The position numbers and the translations under genes were made by a program. A stretch of DNA of 64,000 nucleotides from Craspedostauros australis (taxonomy: Eukaryota): contig JALAGF010001278.1 of NCBI GenBank assembly GCA_030167865.1, positions 1-64,000 on the forward strand. Reading direction: 5' to 3'. The notes under the pieces are model-generated. The model did not search any database. It had not been told where the DNA came from and worked only from the letters and a program-made list of their open reading frames with translations. Positions within the stretch are counted from its first letter, which is position 1. The number at the start of each line of letters is the position of its first letter. Shown one piece after another: positions 34,924 to 46,146 of the stretch.

Positions 34924-35818
34924 TTAGGCGCTCATGACGCGGAACTGGACCATCGGGTTGCGCCAGTCGTAGTTCTGGATGTTTGGGAGGGTGTTGGTTG
35001 GAACATCAGACTGGATGCCGCGGTGGATGTGAACGAAGCCCTCGCCGTTGCCATCAGCGTTGTTTCCGGCTGGGCAGGCTGGTCCTGGGATGGAGTCGCA
35101 TTGCTGGTTGTTGACCTCGGTACCGGAATCGTATCCAACTCCGCGGAACATGTCACCTGGGCTGATCTTGGCACCGTTCAAGGCGACGAAGCTGTACACA
35201 AGAATGGGAGGGCGAAACAACGAGAGCAGAATAGTGTGAGAGATGTGACACGATGCTGCACGTTGGGTCAATAGCGAAGAAGGCACTGGCATCACATTCA
35301 ATTCAACGCTTCTCATCTCATCTCATCACTTACCAATCGTTGGTGTTGACGGCCATGGTGGCAATGGTGACGTAGTAGCCAGCTGGGACGGTCACTGGGA
35401 TATTGAGGCTGGCGCCTGGTCCGATTGGGCCTGGGACCGCCATGGCGGTGGCAACACCTGGCTGGCCATTGTATGCGGTGACCAAAGCGGATGGATCTCC
35501 GTTCTCAGCGAGGGTTCCGAGGGCAGCGCTGGCTGGCATACCGAGCGTGAAGAGTGGCCCGGCGGCACGGGTGTGGACCATGACGAAGAGGCCGCTGAAT
35601 GGCTGGCGGAAGGCCAGGTTGGTGACGCGGACAATGAGGGACTGTGGTCCATCTGGGCTGCTGGAAGACTTGAGTCGGCGAGTGGCCTTGGGGGTGTCGA
35701 AGTCGTCGACCTTCTCGTTGTCAGAGTCGTGGGCGGCAACGAATGTGGAGTCGTTGTTGGCGAGGAGGGCCATGGCGGAAGCCAGGAGGAGAGCGAGGGT
35801 GCTGGTCTTGAACATCAT
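34924..35818 (-). CDS. Secreted Spondin_N-domain protein, 2 exons (35818-35334, 35191-34924)
   Basis: Signal peptide MMFKTSTLALLLASAMALLA, RRL motif, and spondin motifs QPFSG..LFTLG.PAS..L..LAENGD, TMAVNTND|CFVALNG, YDSGTE.N, GEGFVHIHRGI and YDWRNP. The GTAAGT..ACAG intron 35333-35192 joins the two ORFs in frame. Confidence 0.88.
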
Positions 35819-37702
35819 CTTGTTGCTTGGTTGCTTGGGTAGGTTGGTGGTTGTGTGAGTTGGTTTGCGAGTTGTGCGGTTGCTGATTTTGTGAGGAGAT
35901 GATGGATGGAAGTGGTTTTGGGGTTGTCTTGGCACTCGCGAAGTGATGAGATGTGAGGTATGGGATGACAAGCCACCGATGGGAAAATCTAGGCCATGAA
36001 AGCTGCTGGGTGCGCAGCGTGCGTCGGTGGGAACGCGCTGAGACTCTGTCTTCTTCATCTCAAATATTCCGTGCCGTGCAAGATCCAACGGCTCCTTCGG
36101 CATCGGCGATGTTGAGATGCGTGATGTGCATCACAGGTACCTATTGTACCGTGCTCGTACATCCATGACAACTGTTCCCATTGTTGCGGTGTTTGGTGGG
36201 ATACGACCTATTTACTATGAATTGAGTACCAATAGATCAGGAGCGGCAGTACTCATAGGTACTAGAATATATCTTGGGAGCGATTGGTCTCTTCCATGCG
36301 TGATGTTATGCAGCTTCCCCGGTATCAAGCACATTTGCTCGTGCGGTATTCACAACGTGGACAGAGCGCAGCGCATCTGCACGATATGTACTGGTATCTT
36401 CGATCTTGTGGCGCGCCAGTTGGGACCAGCAGCCGAGCGGAGAATCCGGCGCATGCTCTGTATGGAATTGCCCACTTTGACGATGGTGCAACAAGATCGA
36501 TTGTGGCAGCGAAACAATCACAACCAAGGACAATCTTGTCGTTGTGATCGTGCGGGTAGTGTATTTGATCCGATTCATTCTGCTTGCGCAGTTTCGTTGG
36601 TTTTGGGTGTGCGCTGAGACATCAGATTATGTAAGTCATATTATACTTTACCACGGCTCCTTCTTTCGTCCGTTAATCACTAAACAGCACTATGTTGGTC
36701 TGTCCACCGCCTGTGTTGGTCGTTGAAGTGTTCCGTCACTATGTCTTGGGAACTAGAGAGAGAGAGAGACGAGTCAACCAGAGTGAAGTATTCGGAGAGT
36801 GGAGGACAGCAGGGGAGACAACGAATGAATAAGATGACAGCCACGGTACCACATTCCGCACAAGGGAGCCATCTATTGATTGTAGATGGGCACGAGAAAA
36901 AGAAGAATGATGCGCATGGTAGAGATCGTGTTGTTGATTCGATATCCCATGCTAGCCTCCTATCGACACAAGGCTACATTATCACCAGAAAACGCCTCTT
37001 TTGGATCCGTGAAGAGGGTAGGAATAGAGTGGTATGTATAGTACTCGTACGGGCACGCGTACGGTATGAGTATGCCGCCAATGCTTGCGATTGTCTGCTT
37101 CATCTCCTCCGACGCCAAACAAGTTCTACATGTGCATCCTTATCATGCTTGAGGAGTTTGGGGTTGTTTTGTGGAGAATCGATTCTGACTATTCGTTTGT
37201 TTACCGCAGCTCTAAGTAGTTCATCTCCCTCTACAGCCAACATGCGTCCCCACAAGTGCAATCCTTCGACTCGTACACGAGGCCTGCTGGAAAGGATACT
37301 TGCAGAGTTCTGTTTGCCATGTATTGTGCTCACTATCCTTCTTCCAAGAAATGACCACCATGCATTCTTGCTTCGGTCCTTCGCTGAAATCCCATTCGAA
37401 GCGAGTGGAAAGATGAAGATGCTCTGTCAGATTGGGGGCGAAGCGTGCGGGGTCTGCAACGCCTGCATCGGAGGAACGCGGCAGACTGAACAAGGTTCAG
37501 CTGCTCTGTTCCAAACGCATATGCGCAATACATGGAGCTTGTACTGAACCAGTGCGATTCGCAATGAGTTGGATGCGGGTGCATCGTCTGATGCCCTGCC
37601 CTTCCGCGTGCCTTTGCTTCGGACTGTGATCGCCGATTCTGCCATGTACATTCCAGAGTAGGACGGCAGTACTGCATTCCGCAGTCTGCGGGGCTCGCAC
37701 TC

Positions 37703-38224
37703 TTATTCCTCAATTAGCTCCAACCACGTGAATCCACCGAATTTGGATATACTCCAGCCACCGCGGTCATGATGAATCCACGCCCCGCGCGATGGCGCAA
37801 TCGATTCCACGATCTGGCCCTCCGCCAATTGGTCAATGATGTTGTGCGTGTCGAACGGATCGGACGGTTCTTGATGCACGTTGAGGAAACCCTTTTGGGT
37901 TCTGGTGATGTACCGACGCCCGACGTTCCTCTCCAGCTCATCTTGTCGATTCTGCAGTGATTGGTACATCTCGGATATTACTGCGTCGCCTTGCGTCGTG
38001 TTTGTGCTGCACAGATCTTGTTGCTGCTGCTTTCCATCTTGAACCATACGCGCTGCAGATCGTCGCCGTTTCGATGCAGCACATCTCTCGACGCAAGAAG
38101 GTGGGCACTTGTGCGGATGTGCACGGGATCCGTGGGAAATCAGGAATCCATCTGTTGCTGTGATGAAGCAAAGGAAAAGAAGAATGGTTGCAATGATGTG
38201 ACGAATTCGCGGAGCATTCTTCAT
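37703..38224 (-). CDS. Small probable plastid protein with C-terminal SH3-like domain
   Basis: Signal peptide IIATILLFLCFITATDG|FL, basic transit peptide, short coiled coil, and RRYITRTQKGFLNVH..QLAEGQIV..WIHHDRGGWSI (bacterial SH3-like pattern, inferred). Alternative start at 38284. Confidence 0.7.
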   Translation of the reverse strand: MKNAPRIRHIIATILLFLCFITATDGFLISHGSRAHPHKCPPSCVERCAASKRRRSAARMVQDGKQQQQDLCSTNTTQGDAVISEMYQSLQNRQDELERNVGRRYITRTQKGFLNVHQEPSDPFDTHNIIDQLAEGQIVESIAPSRGAWIHHDRGGWSISKFGGFTWLELIEE

Positions 38225-38662
38225 GGTGGCTTTGCTTGATGATGTGCTGAGTGGCTGGACAGCCTCTTCGTTGGAAATAGACATGATGCGATGTGTTGTC
38301 GTCGTCGTTGCTATCGTTGCTGTTGATAAATGAGATCCTTGGCGCCACATCGGAGGGTTCTGTTCTTTCCCACACGAACACATCAACACAGATTCTCGAT
38401 CTTTGCGTGGCACATAGACGACCAATTGAGCTTAGATGACAAATGAAATTCACGCAGTGCGACTGGATCGGAGCATGGTTACGTGTGTATTATATCCACA
38501 ATCAGAGATCGAGACACGCCTACACTGTTGTTAACTGGTTGATGTGCATGCTGTATCTAGTCTTTGTTGGAGATAGACGTACGCAGGGCTGAACGTATGG
38601 AATTGGATCGATTGCTCTTTCATTGTTGGAAGTCTCTCACATTTATCTCCCACTCAATGTCG

Positions 38663-40180
38663 TCATTTACGATCGGACGACAGCTTCAATTCACCCAACC
38701 GCTTGGTGAGATCGTCACCACCATCCACCGAGGCGACATCGTCAGATGCTTTGCCTTCGTGGACGCTGCCGACTGACGCCGGCGGATGCAAAATGAAGTA
38801 TCGGTTGATGTTGTCCTTGGGATGTTCGAAGCCCCGCTGATGCTTGTCCTTGGGATGGATCCAACGTGAATCTATGCGCAAGGAGCACTCTTCGAAGCTT
38901 TCCCGCACCATGCATTGCATCGCGGTTTCACCCAAGTGCCGTTTGCCGCCCGACAGATCCAACCAGCATTCATCGTCTTTCGGTTCGTATTGAGTCATGA
39001 CGAACCAGTACTTGAGTTTGGAGAGCCATTTGGGAGCCTGCGGTGTGTGGTGGGGGTCCGCGGCGGCTTGGAAGATGGATACCAGAGACTTGATGTGATG
39101 TCCGAAGAAGATATCGGTCGTTGGCATGTGCACGCCTTGTGCCGTCAAGTATTGTCTCAATTCCGGTGACGGTTTGCCAGATTTCAGCATCTCAAATGGA
39201 ACGCACGCCACGTCGATGGCATGATCGGCATGCAATCCACCAGGACTCGTGGCCAGAACCTCCTGCTTGTTTTGACGTGCCATCGTCACGGCGCGTTCGA
39301 CATCCTCCTGATCGTCCGATGCGATGCAGGCAAAGCCGTTCGGATGGGTGGACCGTAGCAGACATGCCGCGCAGCTGATTTTGAAGGGCGTTTCCAACAT
39401 CACGTTCTCCTTCTCGTGGGCAAAGATTTCGGACGTCAGCTTGTCTTCTGCCACTTTCCAATCGACGCCGTCGCCGGTGCCTTCGCACAGGTACATCGCG
39501 GCAAAGCCTTTCGCCTTGGGTAATACAGTCAATGCATTGAAGTCCACACCATGATCTGGTTGATCACGTTCCAACGTGGCGCGAGCAACTTGCATGGGAG
39601 AGCAGTTGCAATTGGGCGCATGCACCTTATAATCGGATTGGTTGCATCGTTCGTGCATGTTTTCGAGGAAGTTGGTGGACGCCACATGGATGGGGAACCT
39701 CTGAGTCCGTGGCGACGTCCTCGGGGTGTAGCGATTGTGATTGCGACTGTTGTTGTTGTTGCTGTTGTTGTAGTAACGACGACCACCATCGCCGCGCCAT
39801 TGGCTGCTTCTCTGTGGACCACCACCATCGAACCACCCCACAATGACATCACCCCCGCCGTCATCAACGTCGCTGCGTCCTCTGTTCCATCTGGGAGTCC
39901 TCCATGCGGATGGGTCTCCTGCTCGACCCTCATAGCGTCCGGGCGTCACCGCCGTGTCGATGTTGACGTGAGCCCAGCGATCCTTCGCAGGTGTCTTGTC
40001 CATGACACCCGTTGCAAGGAACCGCCTTGCTTCGTCTTGCGTTCTGCTGTCGCCAATCGCATGCAGCGGCGTTGTGGATGATGTCGTGTTCTTCGCTTTC
40101 CAGACTGCGCGACTGCTGTTTGTTGGCAAAGCAGGTGGCAGCACAGACCTCCATCGCCGTCCGATTGCGCGTCTCCACAT
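38663..40180 (-). CDS. Nudix-domain protein with probable mitochondrial presequence (505 aa)
   Basis: Nudix box GGKRHLGETAMQCMVRESFEECSL (G-x5-E-x7-RE-x-x-EE). N-terminus MWRRAIGRRWRSVLPP is Arg-rich and lacks acidic residues. G/R/N-rich linker. Confidence 0.8.
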   Translation of the reverse strand: MWRRAIGRRWRSVLPPALPTNSSRAVWKAKNTTSSTTPLHAIGDSRTQDEARRFLATGVMDKTPAKDRWAHVNIDTAVTPGRYEGRAGDPSAWRTPRWNRGRSDVDDGGGDVIVGWFDGGGPQRSSQWRGDGGRRYYNNSNNNNSRNHNRYTPRTSPRTQRFPIHVASTNFLENMHERCNQSDYKVHAPNCNCSPMQVARATLERDQPDHGVDFNALTVLPKAKGFAAMYLCEGTGDGVDWKVAEDKLTSEIFAHEKENVMLETPFKISCAACLLRSTHPNGFACIASDDQEDVERAVTMARQNKQEVLATSPGGLHADHAIDVACVPFEMLKSGKPSPELRQYLTAQGVHMPTTDIFFGHHIKSLVSIFQAAADPHHTPQAPKWLSKLKYWFVMTQYEPKDDECWLDLSGGKRHLGETAMQCMVRESFEECSLRIDSRWIHPKDKHQRGFEHPKDNINRYFILHPPASVGSVHEGKASDDVASVDGGDDLTKRLGELKLSSDRK

Positions 40181-40534
40181 GGTGTTGAATTGTGATGCGT
40201 TCGAGCCGGCAAGGTCAACTCCACGGTAAAGTGCTGTGAGTGGCTTTCCTACCGCAAATGTTTCATTCAGAAGCTTTTGATGGATGTGCGCAATGGAGGA
40301 TGTTTGTGTGGAATGGATGTCCATGATTGCGAACATCAATGCACAAGGGAGAACTCTCGATGGGCAGAATGTTACGACTACTCCACTTCTGTTGTGAAGA
40401 TCTTACGACGATGGTATCTATTATACTACATTAGCTCGTAAACCATGCATGTTTGCATGCATGCATGTCGCCATCACTTAGCTTCATATCACCAACATAC
40501 TGCTACTGCTACTGCTGCGGCTACCACTGACCAA

Positions 40535-42501
40535 CTACGTGCAGTCATTCTCCGAAGCCGTCTTGTAATCCCGCAAGTGGAACCACGCGTTGGCGCCGAA
40601 CTTGACACCCTTCTCGACCGGCAAGGCCTGATGCGTCGTCCTGTCGTCTCGTTCCAGCGGCGAATCATTCAGGACGCTGGGCCACAGCAAGGCGCGTCCT
40701 CGTTTCGGCATCACCGTGATGCCCAGCTTGTCAAAGTTCGTCCCGCCGCCAGCCTCGACATCGTTCAAGTACAGGTACATCGTCAGAATACGCGGTCCGT
40801 CCTGTCGGTTGCGACTTGCGAAGAGGTAGTCGTGGTGGACGTTGTAGAACTGATATCGTTGATGGCGGCGATGTAGTATAATAAATCGACAGGCAGACGG
40901 GTGTATGTCGGAGAGTAGGGAAGAGTGGAAGGGGAACGAGATGTTGAGACACAGCGGGCGTACTGGTGATCATTGCATTGCGCTTTCGTCACGTTAGTCG
41001 CGTATGTACAAGTAACGACCACCCAACGCAACCTTCCTCAGCACCTCCCATGGCGTGCTACTTTGCGCAAGCACCACGCAGTATATCACATCAGCACCAT
41101 ATGCACTCACCTGCCCCACACCATATCTCAGCAACTGCAGGTGCTCCGAATTCATGTCGTCGATCTGCGTGAAATTCGACAGGCGCTCCAGAACGGCCGA
41201 TGCCAACGGATCGTCGTAGCAATCATCATCGCACCACGCCGTCGTTGACGTGCGTCCTTCGTAAACATATTCATCGAAGGTCCCGTCGGCGTTGATGGCG
41301 CCCGCATCGGCGCTGCGCTCGTAGCCTTCGTCCGCGCCAAGCTCGATCAGCCGTTCGGCTTCCGCTTGCGACACGACATCTTCCATCGTGATGACCCACG
41401 GCCCGCCGTTGAGCTGCGGCGATGATAAGACTTCGACGGAGTGCTGCGACAGGTACGGCTCCGACGTCAAGCGTTCGAACATCGCGTTCAAATCACCTGG
41501 TTGCCACGCCACGGGGGCCTTGGGATCGATGGGGCAGCGGTATGCCAGGGTGTGGACCTCGCAGCTGAGGCAGGCTGGTCCGCATTCCTCTTTCATGACT
41601 GTGAGCAATGGCAGAAAACGCGTGCGTGCGTGTGCGTGTCAGATCATGTGAAAATAATGATGCACTTTGCACGTCCCAAGCGTACGCGGAAGTTCACATT
41701 CAGACCACTGCAATGCAATTCCTTCTGCTCTCTCGCATTCTCTCATTCGACCTGTCTCACGCAGTCACATACGACCACAACACTGTATACAATTGGACGA
41801 ATACCGTACTCACATTTCTCATTCGTTTCGCATTCTCCCGACACGGCCCAGTAGGAGCAATCGGCATGCTTGTTCTTGCAAATCGCATCCATCCCGTACT
41901 CCATGGTCTCCCGCACCGTCGTGGTCATGTAAGCACGCGACTCCTCGACCCTGCGCTTCACCTGCCGCATCGAGCGCACACTGCCGTCGCCCGTCATCGT
42001 CTGCGGTTGTCCCAGATCCTTGCCTTGCACCAGCTCTTCCGGCGTGTACTGCACGTCGCTGCAGACGTAGCAGCTGAGTTGGCACGTCCGCAGCATGAAG
42101 TCCGGGTTGCTGGCGCATTCGCCTTGACTGGCCCAAATGCGGCATTTGTCATGATCGTCGTGGCATGCGCGGCACACGTTGCAGCTGAATTGGCAGTTGT
42201 CTCGCATGTACGCAGGATTGGCATCGCATTCGCCGCGTTGGGCCCATCCAGGGCAGTCCTCGGGGTTGCTGTCGACGCAAGGGCGTTGCTGCTTCTCTGC
42301 GCGGTCGTGGATTGGCCTGAGATCGCCGACATCGATGTCGCCTTTGACGAAGTGGTTCTGCGAGATGCAGGCGCCGTTGCGGCCGTTCGTCACGACGCAG
42401 TCCTTTTCGGCGGCCTTTGCGTGGGCCAGCAGCGGCAGCAGGCAGAAGCAGCAGCAGATGATCAGCATCAGGGATGATCGTTGTTGATGGATGGAACTCA
42501 T
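40535..42501 (-). CDS. ShKT-domain prolyl 4-hydroxylase (2OG-Fe(II)), 3 exons (42501-41814, 41598-41111, 40849-40535; 496 aa)
   Basis: Signal peptide, three ShKT repeats (C..WA..GEC..NP..M...C..SC..C), and P4H motifs RTSTTAW, EHLQLLRY, HHD, RILTMYLYLNDV..GG.T.F, TTHQALPV..G.K..AN.W. Both introns are GTGAGT..AG, and exon lengths sum to 1491 nt. Confidence 0.92.
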
Positions 42502-42910
42502 GGTGGTGGACAGATTTGTGGGGGGTTCAGGAAGATGCTGTTGCGACAATTGGATCTCTGCATTTGTGCACTTTGGTGGATTGGCCGTTGAGATTTCTTC
42601 GGCGTTCTTGTTGTGTTTTTGGCGCCAAAAGATAGGCTATAATGATGAAACTAGAATGCATTGGTGCAGGACACGTACTGTGAGAGGCGATCGGCTCCGC
42701 GGCGCTTGATGGGCACTCCACAAGCCCACAATACAAGGACTATACTCTTCACTCAAATATAATATTCTACAATACAATATGATGTAGCGATTGTTACGGT
42801 ATGAATTATACATTGTAAACATGGAATATGACGGATCTTCACCTACGATGTCAGAGCACAGTCTTCCTTCTCCCGTTCTGTTGCCCTCTTCTGTTGCCAT
42901 CATCGTCCAT

Positions 42911-44881
42911 TTAGTTGACCGTCAACGTGAAAGACCCGCTGCGCGAACCAAACGCATTGACCACGATGTAATAGGCCCGATCCTTGACGGAGATCCACGT
43001 CGCCGTGGAGGATTCGCCATCGCAGAGGGGATCGTTGTCGTTGCTGACGATGCATTGCAAGTTGTCGCAGGCATTGTTGGGATCGTTGCCATCGACGCTG
43101 AGCACGGCGAGCTGCGTATCGAACGTGGTGCCGTCGTTGCAGGTCGATGCCGTCATGCTCTGTCCCGTGCCGAGCACGCGATGCCATTTCTGCGGCAGAT
43201 CGGCACGCAGCTCGTTGTCGCCGCAATCCAGCGTGACGCCTTGCTGGGCGCCGACGAAGCGCGTGAGTATGCCGGACGTCGAGTCGCCGGGAGAAAGCTC
43301 GACGCTGTCGCTGCATCTGGCGTTGGTGTTGGCGTCGTCCCAATCGGCGCGCGATTGCAAGGTCATCTGGAAGGTTCCCACGAATGAGGAATCGCCGCCT
43401 TCGACGTCGTCGGCAATGACCCTGTGAATGAGAATGTGGTATATCTGACCTTGTTCGGAATCGAAGCGCACCAACTCCCCGCGCTCGCCATCGCAACCAC
43501 AGGCGCCACGCTGCTGCTCCTGGATGCAGTTGAGATCGGGACAATCCCCGCCTTCGAAGACGGAGATGAGAGCGTCGTAATCCGTGCGGACGCTGCAGGT
43601 GGAGATTGTGACGGGCTCCCCCGTGCCTTCCCATTCGTACCACATGCCGCGCTCGTTGGTGAATGGCGAACCGCGGTCGCAGCTCCTGCCGATCTGCTGC
43701 TGCGCGTCGCCTTCGGAAACGCCAAAGGTGGAACCGAACACGGTGGAGGACGTCTGATCGAGGACGACGGAGCCGGAGCATTCGTCGTGCGACGTCGTTG
43801 TCGGTTCCACCGTCAAGGAGAAGGTGCCGCGGGCATCGCGGTATCCGTGCACGAAGATGTGATACTCGACGGTCTGCGTGGCGAACCAGGATGTTTTTGA
43901 TTGATCCCCGCAGCTCGGTGCGTTGTCGTTTGCCACGACGCAGTCCAGGGCGTTGCAGGAACCAGCAAAGACCGAGATCTGCGTGTCCAGATCCTCTCCA
44001 TCTCCGCGACACGTGGACGCCGTGTAGATCTTGTTGTCACCGATGAGGGTGAACCACTTGCCGAAGCCGTTCTCCAGCACGTCGCCGCACAACGGCACCG
44101 TGGAAGTGCCATCCAACAACAGCGAGGTCTCGGCCGTCGTGGAATCGATCATGGCGAACGGGGAGCTGGACGGGATGAGCATGCCTTGCTCGCACTGGTT
44201 CTGCAGCGAGATCCCCTTGGGAACCACGGCCTCCTCCGCTCTGTTGCCGCTGCTGTTGCGACTGCGCATGCCAAAGATGACGGCCAGCGCGATGCTGAAC
44301 ATGAGCAGCATGGCGACGAAGAGGCCCAGCATGATGTTGCGGCGTCGCTTGGCCTCCTGATTGGCCTGGAACTGCTCCTTCTCTTGCGGCGTCATGTCGG
44401 TGTCGACCATCTCCGTGGACTGCACGCTGCTGTCGAGCTCCACCACGTTGCCTCGCTTCGTGATCATGCGCAGCTTGTCGTTGTTGGATTCGAAGGATTC
44501 GTCGGCTGCTTCCGTCTCGGTCTCCTCCTTGTCGTCGTCCACGTCCTTGTCCACGTCCTTGTCCACGAGGCTGTTGTTGGCCATGATGGCGCCTGGCTTG
44601 CCGCCATCCTGCGGTTCATGCCCACAAACGGCAGCCTCCACGGGCTCAAAGACGTTGTCCAGCATGTCCTTCTCATGAGCGGCGCCATTGGCACGAGTGG
44701 CATTGCGCTCATCGAGGGCCTCGGCTGACAGCTCGACGTTCTTGGAATCCGGCAGCGCAGATGCTGTGCGCACGGTCGGATAGAAGCAGTCGCAGAGGCT
44801 GCTGTTCACGGTGTCCACCTTGCTGCCGGCGTCGCTGGTCGACATTGTGGAGGTCTTCGTCGTTTCTTGGTTGGATTCCAT
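42911..44881 (-). CDS. Type II membrane protein with three tandem Cys-containing beta-sandwich (PPC/CUB-like) repeats
   Basis: Acidic cytosolic N-terminus, KRRR followed by TM helix IMLGLFVAMLLMFSIALAVIFG, then three repeats of C..(G/ST)T...C...W(F/Y/H)...G.G....STC....DT.ISVF.G.C..L.C...ND...S...W......Y.I.V......G.F.L. First ATG at 44881. Confidence 0.85.
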   Translation of the reverse strand: MESNQETTKTSTMSTSDAGSKVDTVNSSLCDCFYPTVRTASALPDSKNVELSAEALDERNATRANGAAHEKDMLDNVFEPVEAAVCGHEPQDGGKPGAIMANNSLVDKDVDKDVDDDKEETETEAADESFESNNDKLRMITKRGNVVELDSSVQSTEMVDTDMTPQEKEQFQANQEAKRRRNIMLGLFVAMLLMFSIALAVIFGMRSRNSSGNRAEEAVVPKGISLQNQCEQGMLIPSSSPFAMIDSTTAETSLLLDGTSTVPLCGDVLENGFGKWFTLIGDNKIYTASTCRGDGEDLDTQISVFAGSCNALDCVVANDNAPSCGDQSKTSWFATQTVEYHIFVHGYRDARGTFSLTVEPTTTSHDECSGSVVLDQTSSTVFGSTFGVSEGDAQQQIGRSCDRGSPFTNERGMWYEWEGTGEPVTISTCSVRTDYDALISVFEGGDCPDLNCIQEQQRGACGCDGERGELVRFDSEQGQIYHILIHRVIADDVEGGDSSFVGTFQMTLQSRADWDDANTNARCSDSVELSPGDSTSGILTRFVGAQQGVTLDCGDNELRADLPQKWHRVLGTGQSMTASTCNDGTTFDTQLAVLSVDGNDPNNACDNLQCIVSNDNDPLCDGESSTATWISVKDRAYYIVVNAFGSRSGSFTLTVN

Positions 44882-44887
44882 CCTTGT

Positions 44888-45005
44888 CAACACCTTCAAC
44901 ACCTTCAACACCTTCAACACCTTCAATGCTTCAATGCTTCAACACCTTCAATGATTCACACCTTCAATGATTCACACCTTCAATGCCTCAATGCTTCAAT
45001 GCCTG
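44888..45005. repeat. Composite 8-9 bp minisatellite (CAACACCTT, CAATGCTT, CAATGATT, CACACCTT)
   Basis: Four exact CAACACCTT units followed by variant units, directly upstream of ATG 44881. Confidence 0.9.
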
Positions 45006-46146
45006 ATGCTGTTTGTGATCAGTCGATCAAATGGAACGCCGCCTGTTTCAGCGCTCTCCATTAATAATATTATGCTGCACAAGGATGGTTCTCGCACAGA
45101 CAGCAGAGCGACGTGGAATAGTGGGGTATAGTGGCGCAGTGGTGGTGATCGCTGGAGTCTTGGTGGCAATGGAATGCAATGTCCAACGCGAAACGCTTCT
45201 CCTTGCCCGCGATACTCCGCTTCTCCGTTCCTCTATCTCACTTTGTGTCGTCGAGTAAGACCAGTCAATGCCATTGTTCTCATTCCTGACATCACCATCA
45301 ATCACATCGAGGTGGCAACCGCCAGTTTTCTCCAAGAAATGACCAATTTCGTCATCTTGTCTTTCCGTTCGTCCCGAAATTTGTGTCTCATTGGAGGCAT
45401 CTCGGCATCCTCAAGTCATGCCCAGAAACACACGATTGGGTCATTCACGAATACTTGCTTCACACGTGATTCAATGGCTATGTCTCAACACAAAGCTAAC
45501 TAAGTACTTCAACTCACTCCTGTTCTTTCAAATTCAAAGGTGAGCGAGCCGGCCGATGCGTCGCCGTTACAAACTGATGAGATTTGAAATGTGAAAACGA
45601 AAACGAACGAAACGACCACCACAACAACAGCCACAAACATCACATCTTTGTCCGTGGCGGAATTCATTCCGTGATCGCAAAAGAACAGCCGCGGCATTTG
45701 AACTCTCTTTGTGTTCAACATGTGCCAACGCAACACAATGCAAACGCAGTTGCGTCGGATCGTATCATGCCGTATCGGATTCGAACGATCTGCTACCGTT
45801 CCTCCTACTTAGCAACAATCACAACGGCGATTCCTCTTTCGGAATTGCAATTGACCACACCGAAAGGCGCTGCCTCCATCCGCAAAGTTAACGCAGCAGA
45901 TAATCGATTGCGTGTCGCCACATAACCCTCAACGATGGTGCAATTGGGAGGGAGACACTTGAATCACGACCTTGAATAGTCCGTTGCCTCCGCATTTCAA
46001 AACGAAAGGAGGAAGAAGGAAGGAAGGAGGTCATCTCTCTTTTCACTCTCATCGCCATCATCGCTTCATTGTTTTCGGTTCCGCATCTCCGATACAACAC
46101 CCTCCACACCACCTCCACAAGCGCACACCATAACTCGCTTTGCAGG

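Noticed and set aside
36723..37547. 274-aa ORF
   Set aside because: TTG start, runs through a GA microsatellite, non-coding-like composition and no motifs.
45760..45850. GTTCGAATCC (tRNA T-loop-like) on the minus strand
   Set aside because: The T-stem does not pair canonically, and no acceptor, D or anticodon arms can be folded.
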